Part shown: one piece after another, positions 1 to 12,290 of the stretch
Position numbering within the stretch: the stretch's first letter is position 1
How the letters are laid out: each line of letters starts with the position of its first letter
Assembly (NCBI RefSeq): GCF_001194135.2
Contig: NC_068985.1
Span: 115,708,534-115,772,533 of the forward strand
Length of the DNA stretch: 64,000 nucleotides
Source of the DNA: Octopus bimaculoides
Lineage: Eukaryota
Direction: 5' to 3'
The notes under the pieces: model-generated
What the model saw: only the letters and a program-made list of their open reading frames with translations
What the model was told of the DNA's origin: nothing
Databases searched by the model: none
Position numbers and translations under genes: made by a program

Positions 1-96
1 AATTTTGAAAATAATATAAGTGTACCGCAAGTGAAAAAAGGTTCCGGAGCACTGGTATAAATCAAAGAAAACGTTGGAAGATATGCGTTCATAATC

Positions 97-100
<4 letters not shown>

Positions 101-151
<51 letters not shown>

Positions 152-235
152 CATATGAATGTGTGTATGTGTGCATGACTGTCTGTGTCTATGTGAATAT
201 GTGTGTATATATATTTTCATATTTACATATGTATG

Positions 236-301
<66 letters not shown>

Positions 302-310
302 TATATGAAA
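101..310. repeat. (TA)n/(TG)n compound microsatellite
   Basis: Long TA runs with TG interruptions; they explain the YIYIYI ORFs. Confidence 0.95.
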
Positions 311-1016
311 TATAGATATATAATACGTAGAAAGGAGCAATATTTTTCTGATTTTATACCGGTACATACCAATTCATGCGAAAACACGTGAATCAATACG
401 CATATGCGTATTTTTGTTTGCATTCTTTCGTGTGCTTGTATATGCGTGCATTTTATGTTTTAGTAGGTGTCTGTATTCATACATCCATTCCAACGACACA
501 CTGAATAAAATAAGACGGTCAAAGATCTCCTGACATTAAATGCTCAAATGGAAAGCATTAAGGCTTTTTTGTCCTGGATCCTTGAAAATGATCCACAATA
601 AGATGTCTATTAACACACACTGTATTACATTTATGAGCTTCTCCGAGTGTATGAGTATATGAGCGTACAACTATATATATGAATGGCTGTATTTGAAATT
701 CATATGTACATTGTGTATGCATGAATGCATGTGCATCCCTGTGTGTTTGTGCGTGCCCGTGTGTGTGTATGCGTGCACATGTGTGTGTATATTTATGTGT
801 GTATATGTATGTGTGTTGTATGTATGTGTGTGTGTCTTTGAGAATAATCTCTGTTCATTTTCTGAAGTAACATACGTAGTAAACCTTACTTGACAAGAAA
901 CCTGAAGAGTTTATCAAAGATAATATAATCTCCATAGCTTTAGAGGAAGAGGAAATATTACGCTAAGTATGAATATATGTGCACATACATACAATATATA
1001 NNNNNNNNNNNNNNNN

Positions 1017-1060
<44 letters not shown>

Positions 1061-1254
1061 GTGTTTGTGTGTGTTTATAAAATATGTTCATATATATATA
1101 TAATATAATATATAATATATACAATATATAATATATTAATACATATGTGTGTTGTGTGTGTACATGCGCACACACACACACACACACACACACACGCTCA
1201 CACACAAAAGGATAAATATCTGTGCGTGCTTATGCGTCAATATCTGGATGGCAG

Positions 1255-1800
1255 CGTCAGCATAATCTTTACTATGCTGATAATCTTGTCTTCACAGGCC
1301 ATGAACTGTATGATACGGTAACCTCCCATGTGAATGTTACATCCAAAATCAGTCTCTTTCTCGATGTAATGAAAAAAGAAGAAAACAAAAACTTAACACC
1401 ATACTCATCAATGGAGATGAAAGTCATATAGTACACAAAACAAGGAGCTGAGTGTCTTTCCAGTGATATTTTCCCCTATATTATTGAAATACTTTTGGGC
1501 ATGTAAAAGATAAAACAGGTGAGTCTGCAATGCACTTGAAAACCTAAAGCAATCAAGGATTTCAATCTGAAAAAAAAAAAAGGCTCTGTATAATGTACCT
1601 TCTTCAAAGCATGAAGAGAAACACTTTTTCAGTCTGGATCCAGAAAAAAAAGGGAGTTTCACGATTGCTTTAGTTATATTCACATGAGACTTTTCATGAG
1701 GAATCAAAACATGGATTGAGCCGAAGACGAAATGCGAGATTTAATTTATGGAAAAATTTTATCAAAGTCCACTATTGTCGTTAAACCTCAAGTTAGCTTC
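1255..1800 (+). mobile_element. Highly decayed RTE-like LINE reverse-transcriptase fragment
   Basis: LYYADNLVF (YADD-like), then KISLFLDVMKK (GL.LN.KKTK-like) and ILINGDE in the expected order, with frameshifts. Confidence 0.4.
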
Positions 1801-3616
1801 CGAGCCTCGGCTATGATGTTCAAAAAGAAGCCATATCGGAGATTTCCCAACTTCATATTGATATTAGTGGCGGAGATAGATACATAAAATAAAATTGAAT
1901 ATCTATCAAAGGTAAAAAGGGGATAGAGATTGCTCAGCGGCTCGGCGTTCTGGCAAACATCTCGGTTGCGACTGCTAAAAAGATAATACATACATACATA
2001 CATACATACATACGTACATAGATACATACGTACATACGTACATGCATACATACACACATGCACAAGCACACACACTCACGCGCGCATATATATATATATG
2101 TACATATATATATNNNNNNNNNNNNNNNNNNNNNNNNNNNNNNNNNNNNNNNNNNNNNNNNNNNNNNNNNNNNNNNNNNNNNNNNNNNNNNNNNNNNNNN
2201 NNNNNNNNNNNNNNNNNNNNNNNNNNNNNNNNNNNNNNNNNNNNNNNNNNNNNNNNNNNNNNNNNNNNNNNNNNNNNNNNNNNNNNNNNNNNNNNNNNNN
2301 NNNNNNNNNNNNNNNNNNNNNNNNNNNNNNNNNNNNNNNNNNNNNNNNNNNNNNNNNNNNNNNNNNNNNNNNNNNNNNNNNNNNNNNNNNNNNNNNNNNN
2401 NNNNNNNNNNNNNNNNNNNNNNNNNNNNNNNNNNNNNNNNNNNNNNNNNNNNNNNNNNNNNNNNNNNNNNNNNNNNNNNNNNNNNNNNNNNNNNNNNNNN
2501 NNNNNNNNNNNNNNNNNNNNNNNNNNNNNNNNNNNNNNNNNNNNNNNNNNNNNNNTATATATATATATATGTGTATCTGTATATATATATATATATATAT
2601 ATACATATTTAAAACTATGTATATATACATATATACACATGCATATACAAACTATGTATATACATGGATGCACATACATATATAAAACTATGTATATGCA
2701 TATATATGTGTGCATGTGGGTATAACTATGTGTATATAGAATGTGTGTGTGTGTTGTATGTGCGTGTGTGTCTATGCATGTATGATGTGTGTATGTGTGT
2801 ATACTTTCTCATACACATACTGGCGTTTATATTTACTCAGATCCTAACATGAACGAAGACACGCGCGATATTTGTGAGTGTTCATATTTTCCCGAAACCT
2901 ATTATCTTAATCATCTTAAATACCACCACCGCAGTCCTCAACACGGCTCGCTTTCTTCTCTTTTCACGGCAGCATCATCTCCTTCATTATAATCGTTATT
3001 TTCATCTCATCATCATCACGATCCTCATCGTTTCCCCATCATCACTCTTTTTCTCGTTTGTTGCTATCATCATTAAAGTTAAAACCATGAAACGATCTAT
3101 TTTCTATGGAAGGACAGCTGTAATAACAGACGTGATTCATGTGTAGGAGTCGACGGGGAACGGTAAGTGTCGATCTTTGCGCGAGAGGTGTTATGTATGG
3201 GGAGATGCAGTGAGCTGATATTTCAACTGCAACACCCCTTTGCCTTTTTCTACTCCGCTACCATGACATTCTTAGTCCTGATAGTTTTATCATGAAAGCG
3301 GCTGATCTTCAAACCGACACAACCTCTTACATGTCAACAAATATCTGTATATTTAGTCATGTCATGAGAAAATTATCTCCAACGTGTCTCTATGAATAGC
3401 TATTTAAACGGTAAATGTGCTGCGCGCATGCGCAGGAGTAATGCTATGTGCAGTGCCTGCTTTTGTGAATGTGTGTGTGCTGTTTCGTTTCTACTATATA
3501 TATGTTATGTGCGTGCGCGTGTGTGGAGCGTGTGTTATCATAATCCACTTGCTTTGAACATCATCAATGTCATTTCCACTAATCTGTGCCTATATTCGGG
3601 CTTCTACTATACGTGT

Positions 3617-3682
<66 letters not shown>

Positions 3683-3799
3683 GTGTGTGTACACATATAT
3701 ATCTATATATAGGAATACATTCTTGTATAAGTATACCATCATATTTATTATACACAAGTATATACACTTATACGCATATACATTCATGTATATTTATGC

Positions 3800-3800
<1 letters not shown>

Positions 3801-3852
<52 letters not shown>
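3801..3852. repeat. (GAAA)n microsatellite
   Basis: Perfect tetranucleotide run, preceded by (TG)n at about 3611-3690. Confidence 0.95.
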
Positions 3853-3858
<6 letters not shown>

Positions 3859-4063
3859 GAGCGACAGAAGCTAACGTCTATATTTCATGTATTTACGTCG
3901 TTGAAAGAGGTTTAATTGAAGTGGATTATTTTCATACGTAGCACTCAATACAAAATGATGTACAGTTTTGCGTTTTGTTATTTGAATATTTGCAAATTAT
4001 TGTTCCCAGCATTCTGTACGTAAATAGAGACACACACATTATAGATGTGTGTGTGTGTGTGTG

Positions 4064-4098
<35 letters not shown>

Positions 4099-4415
4099 TC
4101 ATATATAAATATATATACCTACATGTATATATATATGTATGCATATAAATCTTTGTATGTGTGTATGCATATATATATTGTATAGATAAAATTCCTACAT
4201 GAATATATATATATATATATATATATATACACGCGCGCGCATACACACACACGTGCACTCACATAAGTACATATATACCGACATACGTCCGTGTGGTCTG
4301 CCACGTGTGCTATAATTGTCACACATGCAGTTAAAAGGAAAACTTAATCGATTTTCCAAAAAACTCTTTTTTGGTATGCAGTATATCAATGAACAAATTT
4401 GGGGAAATGAAACAA

Positions 4416-4451
<36 letters not shown>

Positions 4452-4696
4452 AAGTAGTAGTAGTAAACTCAAACGGCTATTATCACCACTACTAATACTA
4501 CTACCACTGCGACTACTATTACCACTACCAACACTAACACCACTTCTACCTTCTCCATCACCACTTCCACGACTATTATTACTACTAAAGCAACGACTAC
4601 CAACACCCATACCACTTTTACAACCGCCACTACTACAATTAATATTACTACTAATAATAAACTTATCATATTAATAATTGATTTATTAAGAATAAT

Positions 4697-5100
4697 CCTT
4701 TCAACTATAGACACAAGACCTGAAATTTAGGGGAGGAGGATAGTCGATTACATCGACACCGGTGTTTCACTGGTACATTATCGACCCCAACAGCATGAAT
4801 GGCAAAGTCGACGTCGGTGGAATTTGAGCTCATGACGAAGTATTTCGTCCACTGTGCTAACGATTCAGCCAGCTCGCCGCCTTAATACTTTCCACTATAG
4901 ACACAAGTCCTGAAATTTATAGAGGCAGAAAATCGATTACATCGACCCCAGTGCCTAACTGGTACTTATTTTATCGACCTCGAAAGGATAAGAGACAAAA
5001 TAGACCTGGGCGAAATTTGAACTCACAACGTAAAGACAAACGAAATATCCCTAAGCATTTCGTCCAGCGTGCTAACAATTCTGCCAACTCCCGGCCTTAC

Positions 5101-5174
<74 letters not shown>

Positions 5175-5373
5175 CCTTTCTGTTATTGGCACAAGGCCTG
5201 GGTTTTGTGGGGAGAGGGACGGTCGATGACATCGACCCCAGTACTCAACTGGTACCTACTTTATCGACCCCGAAAGGATGAAAGGCAAAGTCGACTTCGG
5301 CGGAATTTGAACTCAGAACGTTGTGGAACAGGAAATATCGCTTAGCATTTCGCCCGGTGTGCTGCCGGTTCTG
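4697..5373 (-). mobile_element. Three tandem copies of SINE family B (tRNA-like head AAGGCGGCGAGCTGGCAGAATCGTTAG, central GTCGACTTTGCCTTTCATCCTTTCGGGGTCGATAAA, (ATT)n tail)
   Basis: Three similar ~190-210 bp units (4697-4883, 4888-5098, 5175-5373); (AAT)n at 5101-5173; many further copies in the window. Confidence 0.9.
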
Positions 5374-5445
5374 ATCGCGATAAAACGATGGCAGGGAAAG
5401 CCTCTTCATGGCAAATATTGGGTTAAGCTAAATAGAAAAAGAAAT

Positions 5446-5604
5446 AGTGGCTGTGTAGTAAGTAGCTTGCTTACGAACCACACGGTTCCGGGTTCAGTCC
5501 CACTGCGTGGCACCTTGTGCAAGTGTCTACTACTATAGCCTCGGACTGACCAAAGCCTTGTGAGTGGACTTGGTAGACGGAAACTGAAAGAAGCCCGCCG
5601 TATA

Positions 5605-5689
<85 letters not shown>

Positions 5690-5918
5690 GTATGTGTATA
5701 TGTTTGTGTGTCTGCGTTTGTCCCCCACCCCAACATCGCTTGAAAACCGATGCTGGTGTGTTTACGTCCCCGTAACTTAGCGGTTCGTAAAAGAGACCGA
5801 TAGAATAAGTACTAGGCTCACAAAGAACAAGTCCTGTGGTCGATTTACTTGACTAAAGGCGGTGCTCCAGCCTGGCCACATTGAAATGACTGAAACAAAT
5901 AAAAAAGTGTAAAGAGTA
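5446..5918 (+). mobile_element. SINE family A (tRNA-like head, GCACCTTGGGCAAGTG segment, internal microsatellite) inserted in the Dong-like element
   Basis: Matches other copies (9827, 20111, 33425, 41066); Dong sequence continues on both sides. Confidence 0.9.
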
Positions 5919-6438
5919 CACAAAGCAAAATCCCAGCAATGGCTGAGAAGCTCAGGACTTAAAGCAGAAACTGTTCGATTCTTAATTGCAGCACAAGGCC
6001 AAAGCCGTCTCACCAGAAAATCACCAAAAAACATGTAATAAAAATTAATACAACAACTAACTACAGAATATGTGGTGATGGAGAAAAAAACAATAAATCC
6101 TAATATCTCTGGCTACCCAGTCTTAGCTAAGAAGTAACATATTCACAGACAAGACAGCGTTGAGACCTATATACACTGGAAGCAGTGCCAATACTATAAT
6201 AGAATAACAATAGAAAAAAAGTTATAGGCACACCCCAGAAAAAGGTCACACAAATGGGAAAGCAATCATACTATGGGATATGTTAATACAAACAGATAGA
6301 GAAATTAAGGCCAACAGACCGAATATAGTTGTCAGAGATCACCAAGAGAATAAATGCTTTCTTATTAACGTGTCGATACCAACAGATGACAATGTTTCTG
6401 TAAAAGAAACGGAGAAACAGAGAAACTTTCAAAATACC

Positions 6439-6715
6439 TTCTGTTGTGTCTGGGGAGAGTCATTCTCTTTTTGTCTCTTATAAGTTAACACACGCACCGG
6501 TAAAATTTCCACTTATTTATTTCTTGTTTTTCTGAAATTTTCGTTGCGTCTTGCAACCTTTTCAATAGTTTTGACTCTTTTAAAACTATTGAAAATGTTG
6601 CAAGACGCAACGAAAATTTTAGAAAAATAAGTAAGAAATAAGTGGAAATTTAATCGGTGAGTGTGTTAACTTAAAAGACACAAAAAGAGAATGAATCTCC
6701 CCAGACACAACAGAA
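6439..6715. repeat. 277-bp imperfect fold-back palindrome, probably two back-to-back Penelope-like element termini
   Basis: Arms TTCTGTTGTGTCTGGGGAG... / ...CTCCCCAGACACAACAGAA with scattered mismatches and a 9-nt spacer at 6573-6581; flanked by duplicated GAAA(C)TTTCAAAATAC (6422-6437, 6757-6771). Confidence 0.85.
6586..6622 (+). ncRNA. Minimal hammerhead-ribozyme-like motif, U3-A8 core variant (mirror copy on minus strand about 6532-6568)
   Basis: CTA-TTGAAAA-T-GTTGC(AAGAC)GCAAC-GAA-AATT-T-TAG: 3-bp stem I, 5-bp stem II, palindromic helix III. Confidence 0.5.
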
Positions 6716-7112
6716 TATGCTTCACATAAAGAATCTTGCAAATCAAATCCAAAAACGAAATTTCAAAATACAGAGATCTGGAAATAGAGGTAACTCGAAT
6801 GTGGAGCCTAAAAACAGAAGCAATTCTTATCATAGTAGGCGCATTAGACAGGATGAAAAAAAACATTCAGACAAATACATGACAAAAACAATCGGACTAA
6901 CAAGTATATATATAACATAGAAAATATCACTACTAGGCACCGCGCACATCCTACTTAAAACACTTTCAATACAGGGAAAATAAGAGCACCGCAACAAACC
7001 ACAGCACACACTCGAGGTACAGCAAGCTGCGCTTGGTAGTGAAGTGAAATCACGTGATAAAAATAGACTACTGAATAATAATAATAATAATAACAACAAC
7101 AACAACAACAAC

Positions 7113-7146
<34 letters not shown>

Positions 7147-7910
7147 TTAATAATAATAATCTTAATTGAGAAAGAAAGCTGGATCATAGATATNNNNNNN
7201 NNNNNNNNNNNNNNNNNNNNNNNNNNNNNNNNNNNNNNNNNNNNNNNNNNNNNNNNNNNNNNNNNNNNNNNNNNNNNNNNNNNNNNNNNNNNNNNNNNNN
7301 NNNNNNNNNNNNNNNNNNNNNNNNNNNNNNNNNNNNNNNNNNNNNNNNNNNNNNNNNNNNNNNNNNNNNNNNNNNNNNNNNNNNNNNNNNNNNNNNNNNN
7401 NNNNNNNNNNNNNNNNNNNNNNNNNNNNNNNNNNNNNNNNNNNNNNNNNNNNNNNNNNNNNNNNNNNNNNNNNNNNNNNNNNNNNNNNNNNNNNNNNNNN
7501 NNNNNNNNNNNNNNNNNNNNNNNNNNNNNNNNNNNNNNNNNNNNNNNNNNNNNNNNNNNNNNNNNNNNNNNNNNNNNNNNNNNNNNNNNNNNNNNNNNNN
7601 NNNNNNNNNNNNNNNNNNNNNNNNNNNNNNNNNNNNNNNNNNNNNNNNNNNNNNNNNNNNNNNNNNNNNNNNNNNNNNNNNNNNNNNNNNNNNNNNNNNN
7701 NNNNNNNNNNNNNNNNNNNNNNNNNNNNNNNNNNNNNNNNNNNNNNNNNNNNNNNNNNNNNNNNNNNNNNNNNNNNNNNNNNNNNNNNNNNNNNNNNNNN
7801 NNNNNNNNNNNNNNNNNNNNNNNNNNNNNNNNNNNNNNNNNNNNNNNNNNNNNNNNNNNNNNNNNNNNNNNNNNNNNNNNNNNNNNNNNNNNNNNNNNNN
7901 NNNNNNNNNN

Positions 7911-8310
7911 AGATCATGAAGAAAATAATGCTTTCTAACTGATGTATCAATACCAGCAGATGACAACGCTTCCCTAAAAGAAATGGAAAAGCTTTCAAAA
8001 TACAAAGATATGAACATAGAGTTAACTCGAATGTGGAATCTAACAACAAAAATAATTCCTATCATAGTAGGTGCCTTACGTATAATAAAAAAATATTCAG
8101 ACAAATACATAACAAAAACGTCATGACTTACAAATATATATAACATATAGAAAATTGCACTACCGGGCACTGCACACATCCTACGCAAAACACTTTCAAT
8201 ACAGTAACCATAAGAGCATCACACCAAACCACATCACATACTCAAGGCACACAGAGCTGCGCTCGGTAGTGAAGTGAAAGCACCTTATAAAAATAAAACT
8301 AATGAACAAT
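7911..8310 (+). mobile_element. Second R4/Dong-like 3' end
   Basis: VSIPADDNASLKEMEKLSKYKDMNIELTRMWNL...GTAHILRKTLSIQ* then an (AAT)n tail; clearly diverged from the first copy. Confidence 0.85.
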
Positions 8311-9826
8311 AATAATAATAATAATAATAATGGGAAGAAGAAAATTAGCAAAGGACAGAGGGAGGATATAACAATAACACTACAACGATAGCATAGGATG
8401 CCACAGCAGCAGTAATTTCAAAAACGCTTGCAGAAGAGATAGAAGGTTTGTGAGAAAACTATCAGGCACAACGTCCATGTATGATCGACATCAAATGTGT
8501 TCTGTATCAGAGAACCCTATAGGATTAGATTGCCCAAACCAAACTGTAAAACTTTATGGTTGTTACTGGCAGATGTTCCAGAGTCACTGTCAATGGAGTC
8601 GGGCTGACCGAGCCGAGAAACACCAGCAATGAAATCAACCAGGCAATAACAGGAATGTGATATATAATAAGTGAGTATACATACCTCAGAATCAATGAAG
8701 GGGAACAAGTGGAAAAAAGAATAAAGGTCCCCAAAAAAACGTGTCCGAATGTCAGCCCCACCCATACATTTATATTTATACATACTAACGTAGATNNNNN
8801 NNNNNNNNNNNNNNNNNNNNNNNNNNNNNNNNNNNNNNNNNNNNNNNNNNNNNNNNNNNNNNNNNNNNNNNNNNNNNNNNNNNNNNNNNNNNNNNNNNNN
8901 NNNNNNNNNNNNNNNNNNNNNNNNNNNNNNNNNNNNNNNNNNNNNNNNNNNNNNNNNNNNNNNNNNNNNNNNNNNNNNNNNNNNNNNNNNNNNNNNNNNN
9001 NNNNNNNNNNNNNNNNNNNNNNNNNNNNNNNNNNNNNNNNNNNNNNNNNNNNNNNNNNNNNNNNNNNNNNNNNNNNNNNNNNNNNNNNNNNNNNNNNNNN
9101 NNNNNNNNNNNNNNNNNNNNNNNNNNNNNNNNNNNNNNNNNNNNNNNNNNNNNNNNNNNNNNNNNNNNNNNNNNNNNNNNNNNNNNNNNNNNNNNNNNNN
9201 NNNNNNNNNNNNNNNNNNNNNNNNNNNNNNNNNNNNNNNNNNNNNNNNNNNNNNNNNNNNNNNNNNNNNNNNNNNNNNNNNNNNNNNNNNNNNNNNNNNN
9301 NNNNNNNNNNNNNNNNNNNNNNNNNNNNNNNNNNNNNNNNNNNNNNNNNNNNNNNNNNNNNNNNNNNNNNNNNNNNNNNNNNNNNNNNNNNNNNNNNNNN
9401 NNNNNNNNNNNNNNNNNNNNTATTTGTCTGTGCTTGTGTACACGTTAGTCTATGACGGCGGTCCGAAAATTTAAGCTTCAAATAAAACACAAGACAAAAG
9501 CAATAAACTGAGGTAAGACTCCCGGCAGAATGATACAACTTCAAGGTGATAAACTGCACGCTGCAATCGATCTCACAACTCGACATCAAACGAGATAGCT
9601 ATTAAACACATTGAGAACACATTATTCAAAAAGTAGAGTAAACCGCACTCATAGCCGCCAGACAGACCAGGGAAATAAATCTTGTGTAACGATACATTAT
9701 ATATATATATATATATAGTTTCGATAGATGGGCTGGACGTTTACTTCAAGTAGAGTGGTATAGTAATACGGTCTATTAAATGTAGGTGAAACAGCAAAAA
9801 TGTGAATATTTATGTAAAAATGTAAT

Positions 9827-10205
9827 AGGCGAAGGCGTGGCTGTGCGATAAGAAAATTATTTCCCAACCACATGGTTATGGGTTCAGTCTCATTGCGTGG
9901 TACCTTGGGAATGTTTCTTCTCCTATAGCCTCGGGCCGACCAAAGCCTAGTGAATGGATTTGGTATACGGAAACTGAAAGAAGCCCGCCATATATATGTG
10001 TTTGTGTGTATGTGTGTATGTGTGTGTATGTGTGCGTGTGTATGAGTTTCATCCCCAACACCGTTTTACAACTGGTGGTGGTGTGTTTACGACCCCGTAG
10101 CTTTACGGTTCGGCACAAAAGAGCTTTAGAATAAGTAACAGGCTTAAATAAACAAAAGCGCCTGAGTCGATTCATTCGACTAAACAATTTATTGAAGGCG
10201 ATGCC
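9827..10205 (+). mobile_element. SINE family A
   Basis: Head, central segment, internal TG tract and 3' half match the family. Confidence 0.85.
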
Positions 10206-10620
10206 CCCAGAGGTCTGAAATTTGGGGGTTTAAGTGCCTAATCAATCACAGTTGCCCACAGTGCTCTACTACAAATTATTCTGTTGAATCTGAGTGGACG
10301 AAAAGCTAAGTCGACCTCAGCAGATTTTGAAATCAGAAAGTAAGACCGAAAGAAATGCATCGAATTATTCTTTCCGGCGGGCTAACGATTCTGCCATCTC
10401 AACGCCTTAATAGTAATTTCAAGTTTTGGTACAGGCGCAGAGTTTTAGGAAAAAAGTCGAATACGAGGATTCAAGTAGTTGATTTGTAATTTAAGGATCC
10501 CGAAAGGATAAATGGCAAAATAGACCTCGGTGGATTTTAAACCCAAGACGTTAAGAGCCAGACGAAATGCCGCCAAGCATTTTGTTTGACTCACTAATGA
10601 TTTTACCAGGTTTCCGCCTT
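10206..10620 (-). mobile_element. Two decayed SINE family B copies
   Basis: AAGTCGACCTCAGCAGATTTTGAA / CGAAAGGATAAATGGCAAAATAGACCTCGG and CGCCTT head ends. Confidence 0.7.
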
Positions 10621-11185
10621 AAATATGTATGTAATAAAGATTTCAAATCTTTCAGACGGCCAGGAATTTTTAAGGGACTTACAGAAATTAGCACAGGTTG
10701 CTAAGTGGTCATAGGGGATAAACATAAACGCAGTTTTCGTCTCCCAAATCCACTGACAAAAATGTAGTCACTCTGTGGATATTGGGGACGGCACTTGCCC
10801 ACTTGACCGCACAATGGGACTGAACCAAAGATAACATGATTCGAACACAAGCCTCTTAAACTGCCACACCTAGAATTTCATATAAAATATTTTACTTACA
10901 TTAATTCCACGCATTCCTTTATAATTAAAAATATCGCTTTTCTTAGATATGAAAGTGTCATAGATTGCTTTTAATAGAACTAATGTTAAAGTGATTCCAC
11001 ATCAGTTCATTACGATACAACGTAAATGAATTTCTAATTGCATATTTCTGCTGAGTTTAATTATAGAAAAACAACCTTTGGCATATTACTAATCATGGAT
11101 ATAAAAAGTATTTGTTTATTTAAATTTTAAAATCAAATTTACTGATTTAACTGTACCTCATTCGTAGCAAGTATAAAGTATTTTG

Positions 11186-11640
11186 GCGCAGGTGTACCTG
11201 CAGTTGACAAGGCTGTAGTTCCCAATCACAAGGTCTTGGGTTCATCGTCTAGGTCAGGGGTTTTCAAACTTTTTGACTTGCGGACACCTTTATAATTCAG
11301 CCTTTACCTTAGGGACCCCCTTATAAACACTTATGAAATTTATACATAAATATTTGCTTAAAATAACATATATTTTTACATTTATTTATTTAACAGTATT
11401 TAACAAATAGGTTTATTGTCAATTAAAAGATTTCGGTTAAAAAACATATAAAATCAAATTGCCCATAAAAAGTATTTGCTGTCCACGGACTCCTTGTCTT
11501 GTCCTTGCGGCCCCCCTGTGGTCCGTGGACTACAGTTTGAAAACCCCTGGTCTAGGTTACTCCTTGAGCAAGTATATTTTACTATAGCCCAAAGTGGGTG
11601 AGTAGATTTGGCTGATGGAAATTGTAAGAAGCCTGTCATA
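11186..11640 (+). mobile_element. Old SINE family A copy split by a hAT MITE
   Basis: GGCGCAGG head, then CCTTGAGCAAG...TACTATAGCC...GGAAATTGTAAGAAGCCTGTC resumes after the MITE. Confidence 0.65.
11255..11549. mobile_element. hAT (Charlie-like) MITE, 295 bp
   Basis: TIRs CAGGGGTTTTCAAAC / GTTTGAAAACCCCTG; perfect 8-bp TSD GTCTAGGT at 11247-11254 and 11550-11557. Confidence 0.93.
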
Positions 11641-11772
11641 ATAACCACAACAAAACATGCATAATATACATATATACATATACACACACGCATATATGTG
11701 TGTGTATATGTACATATGTATAGATATATTAATATGTATATCTTTATACATGTATGTATATATATATGCATG

Positions 11773-11846
<74 letters not shown>

Positions 11847-11999
11847 AATATATATATATATTTAGAGAGATTTATACATACGCACACACACCATGCGTAC
11901 ATACTCGCAGGGACACATTCACATGCGCGCGCGCACGCACGCACGCACATGGGTAAAGGAATAGATTTACAAAAATATGGAGATGAGAACAGTGCCTCA

Positions 12000-12290
12000 T
12001 AAGAAATTTCTAACATGACTGTGCGGAGGAGCTAAATGCTCAGACCAAGACCTTCTGTATATTTGCCGAATCTCCACTGTCAGTTGTTTCTAATTAGAGA
12101 ATTTTTCATCTTTGCCTCTCAATCCCTATACTTCGATCTGGTGTATAAAAGTATATTTTCTACTCGTGTTCATAAGTGCCTTCTGGACCACTGTAATACA
12201 CATCACTGGTAAATCTCAAATCAATTCGAATCCGCTGAATACTGACAGCCCTGTGTGTTTTTGACGCTTCTTCCCCCCTCTAGTGTCAAA
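12000..12290 (-). mobile_element. Decayed RTE-like LINE C-terminal fragment
   Basis: ILLY...EV*GLRGKDEK...VEIRQIYRRSWSEH resembles the RTE LLYG.E.W.L...SW.EH region. Confidence 0.35.

Larger units (their letters stand above)
5376..7078 (+). mobile_element. R4/Dong-like non-LTR retrotransposon 3' portion with two nested insertions
   Basis: KRWQGKPLHGKYWVKLN...AKSQQWLRSSGLKAET, a zinc-knuckle remnant, RPNIVVRDHQENKCFLINVSIP (PD-(D/E)XK endonuclease-like), TAHILLKTLSIQ, and an (AAT)n tail from about 7075. Confidence 0.85.

Noticed and set aside
8460-8760. Apparent exons (RVTVNGVGLTEP on plus; hydrophobic ORF on minus)
   Set aside because: The plus frame weakly resembles a decayed RT segment; minus hydrophobicity reflects T-rich composition.
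12150-12280. CUB-like RFTSD peptide on the minus strand
   Set aside because: Lacks the GF motif and cysteines; neighbouring frames fit a decayed RTE.
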